Assembly: GCA_023379675.1 (NCBI GenBank)
Contig: JAMCPL010000008.1
Span: 30,720-94,719, forward strand
Source: Actinomycetota bacterium
Lineage (GTDB): Bacteria; Actinomycetota; Acidimicrobiia; Acidimicrobiales; JAMCPL01
Length of the DNA: 64,000 bases
Direction: 5' to 3'
The position numbers were made by a program, and so were the translations under genes. Numbering within the stretch: position 1 is the first letter of the stretch; the number at the start of each line of letters is the position of its first letter. Below are positions 58,349 through 64,000 of this stretch, piece by piece. Below the pieces are notes generated by a model, which was given only the letters and a program-made list of their open reading frames with translations, had not been told where the DNA came from and searched no databases.

Positions 58349-60010
58349 TCAGGGCACTGACGGGATGGCTGAAGATGGAGGCGCCCAAGGCGCCGTCGAT
58401 CCACCGTTCCCAAAACACTCCAATTGCCTACCGGCTGGAAGTCCAGACACCAAGTCATAGTACGAATAAAATGCTCCATGATTACATGCTACGAATGCGC
58501 CCTGTTCAGCGGTAATAGGTCCCCTTGCGTCATTGCTCCAATAGAGCACCTGAAAATTGGATGGAGTGGTGTAATGGCCTGGACCGAACGACCACCCACC
58601 CATACCAGCATCCTGCACCGACGGAGGAAGCGACCACATCCCCTTCTGGAACGTAGCCGGAGTAAGGTCCGGACCGGCTTGCTGCAGCGCGCTGAACAGC
58701 AACAATATTCCCTGGTATACCGTTCCGGCGTCTCCAATCGCAGGAGGACTGGACAGCTCATGACCGGTGGCCAACTTGTATGCAACGGTAAACTCTTGGT
58801 CTCGCGCAGGCGTAGGCTGAACCATCGTTGTCAGGGCATGCGCCCACTCGGCCTTGTCCTGCGGGGATGACATGATTCCCCGGATCATCGTCTCATCACT
58901 GACCGACATGGCAAGCCACTCGGGATAGTAGTGCTGTGCCGCAGCTGCATCCGCCAGGAAGGAAGGAGTTAGGGGATCACACGCACATACCACCGTAGTA
59001 ACTCTCTTGCTACGGAAGTTTGCCATTGCAGCAGTAGCCTCCTGCATCACGCTACCAAAGTTGGCCATCGAATAGACGAATGTAGCGGCTACCGGCACGT
59101 GCGCTGCTTGTAGCCCGCCGGTCAAGTCCGCTGCACATGCCCTGATGACTGGAGCATTGGGATATACAAGGCCTATCCTGGCAGGCGCATCGTGTATGCC
59201 CTTTCCGGCGGCATATATAGCCGGCAATCCATTGAAAGCACTCTTGACCACATCTATTGTACTTTGGGCAAATTTGCTACAGCTTTCATAGTAAGAATAC
59301 TCATAGGGTGCATTCTGCTGGTACCAAGAATGTGGCATGAACTCACCGCCTATGGCAATTACGTGGTGTTGCGCCAGAGCGGTATCGTATGGAGGCGTAG
59401 AGGATACCTCCGATATATCGGCAAAAGCGCCAAGAGATGCTGCGGTCTGGGCATCCGCCTCTGCCTGAGATTGGTCCTGTCCCAGTAATTCGTTGACATA
59501 ACAGCCTTGCCCGTTGAAATATTTTACAACCACTTTCCGGCCCCATAGCTCAAAATCTTTGTTGAACAGGCCGACATAAGCATTTATATTGTGCTCGAAC
59601 ACCGCAGTCGATGCAATTGATTTGCTCCCCGACTTTGCCAGAAATGTGCAAAGCCCCCCATTATTGGCAATATCCACAGTCACTGTAATGCTTCTGCCGG
59701 TTACTCCAGAGGATGTGGCGCCACTGTTGTTGCCGGTCCATCTCGGCACGCAGTATGGAGCATACTCCGACCATGGAACTTGTCTTTTACCGCGGGTACA
59801 CATATATCCACCTACCGTCGTGCCCGCCAGCCCTTCTCCTGGGGGTCTGTAGAGAACGAATCCGCTGTTGCCCTTGGACACTACGGGGTCTTGTGCATTC
59901 ACGCTGTGCACGGAAGGAACGAACAGTAATACCAAGATGATCACAGCCATCCCAAGAACAAACCTCTTATATCGATTTACAATGACTTGGAACTTTTCCA
60001 ATTGCATCAT
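58349..60010 (-). CDS. Orphan ABC-type substrate-binding protein, paralogue of 9808-11400
   Basis: Shares RQVPWSxYAPxCVPxWxGxNxGATSxGVT, ELWGRKVV and AGPDLTPxTF with 9808-11400. Confidence 0.78.
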   Translation of the reverse strand: MMQLEKFQVIVNRYKRFVLGMAVIILVLLFVPSVHSVNAQDPVVSKGNSGFVLYRPPGEGLAGTTVGGYMCTRGKRQVPWSEYAPYCVPRWTGNNSGATSSGVTGRSITVTVDIANNGGLCTFLAKSGSKSIASTAVFEHNINAYVGLFNKDFELWGRKVVVKYFNGQGCYVNELLGQDQSQAEADAQTAASLGAFADISEVSSTPPYDTALAQHHVIAIGGEFMPHSWYQQNAPYEYSYYESCSKFAQSTIDVVKSAFNGLPAIYAAGKGIHDAPARIGLVYPNAPVIRACAADLTGGLQAAHVPVAATFVYSMANFGSVMQEATAAMANFRSKRVTTVVCACDPLTPSFLADAAAAQHYYPEWLAMSVSDETMIRGIMSSPQDKAEWAHALTTMVQPTPARDQEFTVAYKLATGHELSSPPAIGDAGTVYQGILLLFSALQQAGPDLTPATFQKGMWSLPPSVQDAGMGGWSFGPGHYTTPSNFQVLYWSNDARGPITAEQGAFVACNHGAFYSYYDLVSGLPAGRQLECFGNGGSTAPWAPPSSAIPSVP

Positions 60011-60309
60011 CCGTCCACTACCTCGGGAATGTCTGAGGATGTCTCCGGCATGCCATAGCTCCATCCGCTTATGGAGTCCCATCCGCTTATGTCCTGTCTC
60101 GCCTCTGCTTCGGCTGCGTCATAGAGTTCTCCGATTACGGACTCCATACGACCGATCTGCGACTCTATGAAAGCTGCAGCAAGAAAGCTGCCGACATTGA
60201 TTCCCCTCAGGGCAAGCACCGCCTTTTCAGCACCTTCCAAAATGGCCGATGCCGCAAAGTCAATCTCAATCAAACCACCTTCTCTGTTTGTAACACACGG
60301 AACCGTCAT
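60007..60309 (-). CDS. Hypothetical 100-aa protein, translationally coupled to the binding protein gene
   Basis: AAGGAGG RBS upstream; ATGA overlap with the next gene. Confidence 0.6.
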   Translation of the reverse strand: MTVPCVTNREGGLIEIDFAASAILEGAEKAVLALRGINVGSFLAAAFIESQIGRMESVIGELYDAAEAEARQDISGWDSISGWSYGMPETSSDIPEVVDG

Positions 60310-60471
60310 GTTTCGCTGTACCTCCTTCTATAATTACCTTTCTTGTCCTATGTCATTGAAGCTAACAGGGCAAGGTTAAGCATTCGGAACGAGAACAAGG
60401 CACCAAGATGAACTGATGGGAATATTTCAGTGAATTGCAGGAATGGTATTCAGCGGGAATATCGTTTGCGG

Positions 60472-60622
60472 CTAGTGGTCCGTCCCGCAAATAACGTGAT
60501 GGTATCCGGTGCGCAACCATCCAGTGGATGGTTGCGGAGAGGAAGGACATAAGCACGTTAACCCGCCAGAGGCGTCATCTGGTTGGCGGGAGCGCGCTGT
60601 TGTTTGCGGGACGGACCACTAG
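60472..60622. mobile_element. MITE with IS630-like ends
   Basis: 24-bp terminal inverted repeats (23/24): CTAGTGGTCCGTCCCGCAAATAAC / GTTGTTTGCGGGACGGACCACTAG; no transposase. Confidence 0.75.
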
Positions 60623-60659
60623 GCGCGCCGGTTGCTCAATGGAATCTACGAACCATTAG

Positions 60660-61535
60660 TCAGCCGTGGACAGGGGATGCCAGCAGGCCGGTGGCATATA
60701 CCATACCGAAGACCAGTGTGATCATCCCGATTAGCAACGTAACTGCCGAAGCCCTCAAACGGGCGGCAAAGCCCAGGACGGTACCTATCATGAAAAAGCT
60801 ACATACGCCAGCAGTTACCAGCATCACAATTACCGGAACAGTGCCGACGGAGCGCACGGCCGCCAATCCTGCATGCCCGACAAGAAAAGGAGTCACCCCT
60901 ACAGCGAGGAGCGCCACCACGTCTAGAAAGAACGAAAGTCTCAACGCGTCACGAGGGCTCAGCCCGCGAAACAGCATGGGTGTCACTGTCACGGCACTAC
61001 GGCTGATGCCCGGCAGAGCTGCCAGTCCCTGGCACGCTCCGACAATGACAGTAGTCACGAACCCCGGAACCTTTCCCGGTATGGACTCATCCGCAGCCTC
61101 TTGCGTAGCTTTGCGAGCGACACGCTCCCGCGATGCGTTGACAACCGTACTTACCAGAAGGAGCAACCCCACTGCTATCATAAATATGTTGCCGGCCGAA
61201 GCATGAAACACCGAGATTACTCCGGCATACACAGGCAAGCCGATTACTGCCGTCATGACGGTAGCTATAACCAGAAACCGTAATCGGGCCGCGTCGATAC
61301 CAGTACCGAATGGATCACGTAATCCCTTCGTTGCTGACCACACGTCAACACGAAAGTACCATAGCGCAGCAAAAAACGAACCAAAATTAGCCAGAAGGCC
61401 CATCACATACGCCGTATTAGGAGAGTACCCCCCGCCAGTTACATACACCAGGCTGACCATGGTCTTGGAACTCACCGGCAACCACTCTGCGACACCTTGT
61501 AGCAAACCGGCCAGCCCGGCGATCAGCAGGTGCAT
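60660..61535 (-). CDS. uppP: Undecaprenyl-diphosphate phosphatase (BacA family), atypical
   Basis: QGVAEWLPVSS, QGLAALPGISRSAVT, ALRLSFFL. Confidence 0.85.
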   Translation of the reverse strand: MHLLIAGLAGLLQGVAEWLPVSSKTMVSLVYVTGGGYSPNTAYVMGLLANFGSFFAALWYFRVDVWSATKGLRDPFGTGIDAARLRFLVIATVMTAVIGLPVYAGVISVFHASAGNIFMIAVGLLLLVSTVVNASRERVARKATQEAADESIPGKVPGFVTTVIVGACQGLAALPGISRSAVTVTPMLFRGLSPRDALRLSFFLDVVALLAVGVTPFLVGHAGLAAVRSVGTVPVIVMLVTAGVCSFFMIGTVLGFAARLRASAVTLLIGMITLVFGMVYATGLLASPVHG

Positions 61536-61581
61536 AACACCCAGACTGTTCTCACATATGGTCTCGCATATTGAACCACCA

Positions 61582-62049
61582 TCATGCGTCTCCTGTCCCC
61601 GACTGGTTATCGTGCCTGCTGGTAAGACCCTCACGCCAAGTCAAGTAACCTGCCTGCAGTAGGACATATCCAAATCCCACTGCCCATATGCCGCCAAAAA
61701 TCCCCCATAACGTAAGCAGCCCATGTCGTGACAAAGCTCCAGCTATCACCAGCACGACCCCGCCAACCAGGAGCAACAAACCAGACATGATCTGTATGCA
61801 TGTATAAGATCTTCGTGGCGCTTTTTGAACCGGTGGCACGCCCGAACCTGGATAGCGAGGCCCCGAGCCCTTGCCCAAGTCACTACCGCCGGCACGAGAA
61901 GGCCAGCGCTGCATTTGCCAAGGCAATGTGCCCGTAAACTGAGGCGGACCCCATTTAGCCTTTCCGGACATATCTTGAATATTCACAGAAGGCAGGCCAC
62001 CCGTATTCATTCCACCGCCTCGAGCCACTTCGCTATTCATGGCTCCCAT
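61582..62049 (-). CDS. Hypothetical membrane protein (two TM helices)
   Basis: Pro/Gly-rich N-terminus then two hydrophobic segments; co-oriented with uppP. Confidence 0.55.
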   Translation of the reverse strand: MGAMNSEVARGGGMNTGGLPSVNIQDMSGKAKWGPPQFTGTLPWQMQRWPSRAGGSDLGKGSGPRYPGSGVPPVQKAPRRSYTCIQIMSGLLLLVGGVVLVIAGALSRHGLLTLWGIFGGIWAVGFGYVLLQAGYLTWREGLTSRHDNQSGTGDA

Positions 62050-62168
62050 TATCCAGGCGTGAGGTGAACAGCAGGTAAACGCTGCAGGACGCTTGAATGA
62101 ACACTCGGTGAATACGCGCGAAGCCTGCCGATGCGGCTGTCTTTGAACCTACTCGCTATGCAGAACCC

Positions 62169-62208
62169 TGCCGGATGCACAATCATGCCGGATGCACAAT
62201 CATGCCGG
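62169..62208. repeat. 17-bp tandem repeat TGCCGGATGCACAATCA, ~2.4 copies
   Basis: Read directly in the intergenic region. Confidence 0.85.
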
Positions 62209-62311
62209 CTCCAGGCAACCACGTATGCTCGCTTCCATCATCTGCCCACCTATCATCATGGCCAGGGAATGCGTTCTGTACACTATCCAGTAACGATAGG
62301 CTTAGAGGCTC

Positions 62312-64000
62312 TTAGCTAAAGGCAAACGGAGCGGGAATCCGCAATATGACATTACGATCATATCTACCGCCACGTCCCGGCGGTTCTCCTGCAGGATCGT
62401 CACGATGCCACGAGTTCAAGGCAAGCTCCCTGGACCACCCCGCAAGCACCAGCGGATCGTCCAGATCCTCCGTCCGAGGATCCGTCATGCCTGCATGATC
62501 GAACACCGTGGAGTAGATGACCAGTTCGCCTGAACCTCTATCTATGGCAAGCTCGATAACCCGTCCCTGTTGCGGCCAATCGATCAGGGATGCGGTAGTG
62601 ATCTGCCAGATCCGGCACCCTGGATATTCCGGCGCCGCCTTCCAAGCACTGCGGGTTTTCCCGTTGCCATAGTCCGGCCCGGCACTGCTGAGCAAGGTTA
62701 TCTTATGGCGATGGGTATGGCCGTTCACCCACAGGATGACATTGGGAAAACGCCCGAGCAGCCCATCCAGATCACCGGCAAGTATCCTGCTGGAAGCTAA
62801 TGGAGAGTAACTATTCACGAGCGTCTCCAGCGGATGGTGACTGAACATAACAAACAGACGGTCCTCACGGCCACTAGTTGCCCATCTTCCATCTCCATCC
62901 AGCCAACGACTGTGCCCGTTCAACAGCTCTCCTTCGATCCAGGAAAGCTGTTCGGCATCGAGTGATCCCTGCCACCCACCCGACGGGTTCACTGTATCGA
63001 GCACAAGACACCGGACCGGGCCTGCATCAAAACTATAGTAGGAATGCCCTTTTTCAGGCGCTGGTGGCTGTATCATGCCGTTCGATACCCCGCCGGAATG
63101 GCCGTCGCCATGGCCGGCACTTTTGTAACCAGCATTTTCATGGCCATGGCCGGAATCCTGGCCGTAGCTTTCACCATCAATTGCAGTAATGCCATGCCGA
63201 AGTGCAACAAGCCACTGCTTCTGATCAACGAGCCGGCGATCCGGATCGGCAGTAACCTGTTCCCAGGGACCGCCGGACAACGCAGCTACGATATCAGGAG
63301 GTACGACACTGTGATTGGCGAGCAGGCTTCCCATGTCAGCCCCCTCCACCCATCCAGTGGCTTTCCTGTCACCCACCGCCACCCTTCTTAATATGCCAGT
63401 GTGCGGTATGGTCCCTGCAATCATGTAATCATGATTCCCTGGCACGTCATACCAGGGAATACCGAGTCCCGTAGAAGTAAACTCCCTGCGGCACGAATCA
63501 AGCAGTCCTGGCACATCCGGATACCCGAAGCGTTCATGGGCAATGTCCGAACCAGCTGAGGGTGACCCATGGCCGGCAAGCGGACCATCAGGATGCCAGT
63601 AGTACCAATCGTAGAAAGCCGTACTGCCTACTCCTTCGTAACTACTGCGATCACCCGAATCAGGTCTAATCGTCTTTCCCCCGTTCATCAGGTCGAGATA
63701 CCACTTGATCTCGTTGTACTGGGAGTTATCGGCTGCGTCACCCGTAATCATCGCAAAAGAAACAGGGCATCCAGTTACCGGCCCGTAATGCAAATTACGT
63801 ACCGCCACGGCCGTTGCCTCCACCACTTGCATGCTCAGCATGTCCTGAGGCCGGTAAGTACCGATATTGCCTAGTACAGGAAAAAACGCCGAATCAATGT
63901 TGCCGAGCCTGTCAAGGAACTCCGCCCTTGCAGGACTCTGTGCATCGGTAACGTGCAGATCAGTCAGGTGTACAAACGCCAGTAACGGCTCCACCTCGGA
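62312..64000 (-). CDS. Metallophosphoesterase (actinobacterial TIGR03767-like), probably 5' truncated by window edge
   Basis: FVHLTDLH, TGDAADN, PGNHD, FSHHP, WVNGHTH, TASLIDWPQQ. Confidence 0.88.
   Translation of the reverse strand, partial: SEVEPLLAFVHLTDLHVTDAQSPARAEFLDRLGNIDSAFFPVLGNIGTYRPQDMLSMQVVEATAVAVRNLHYGPVTGCPVSFAMITGDAADNSQYNEIKWYLDLMNGGKTIRPDSGDRSSYEGVGSTAFYDWYYWHPDGPLAGHGSPSAGSDIAHERFGYPDVPGLLDSCRREFTSTGLGIPWYDVPGNHDYMIAGTIPHTGILRRVAVGDRKATGWVEGADMGSLLANHSVVPPDIVAALSGGPWEQVTADPDRRLVDQKQWLVALRHGITAIDGESYGQDSGHGHENAGYKSAGHGDGHSGGVSNGMIQPPAPEKGHSYYSFDAGPVRCLVLDTVNPSGGWQGSLDAEQLSWIEGELLNGHSRWLDGDGRWATSGREDRLFVMFSHHPLETLVNSYSPLASSRILAGDLDGLLGRFPNVILWVNGHTHRHKITLLSSAGPDYGNGKTRSAWKAAPEYPGCRIWQITTASLIDWPQQGRVIELAIDRGSGELVIYSTVFDHAGMTDPRTEDLDDPLVLAGWSRELALNSWHRDDPAGEPPGRGGRYDRNVILRIPAPFAFS

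Overview
A 64 kb chromosomal window, most likely from an Acidimicrobiia-like actinobacterium. This is inferred from Gram-positive-type SOS boxes, a CIRCE element, an imuA'-imuB-dnaE2 cassette, bS22 and the tatD-rsmA-ispE-tRNA-Gln order; gadB and merA suggest an acidic, metal-rich habitat. Most of the window is housekeeping: hemB, hemL, groES, groEL, recA, dapA, purE, tsaC, ispE, rsmA, tatD. Accessory signals, strongest first: (1) an ABC/AAA ATPase + DUF4276 (TOPRIM-like) pair bracketed by a perfect 31-bp direct repeat, next to a vapBC pair; (2) this pair lies in a ~6 kb integrase-less block whose far end is a diverged 164-bp copy of the 3' end of the flanking metallophosphoesterase gene; (3) an IS630-type MITE inside that block; (4) an eroded tyrosine-integrase remnant at the tRNA-Gln 3' end; (5) an uncharacterised catabolic cluster (BKACE, SDR, FAH, M24, Gfo/Idh/MocA) with a four-domain fused ABC transporter; (6) a lone merA behind a CueR/ZntR-style operator; (7) a (GGTA)14 microsatellite and a second SOS box inside the mutasome operon; (8) two small membrane-anchored coiled-coil proteins built from perfect tandem repeats; (9) frequent low-complexity insertions in conserved enzymes. 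All family calls come from motifs read by eye, not from database searches.
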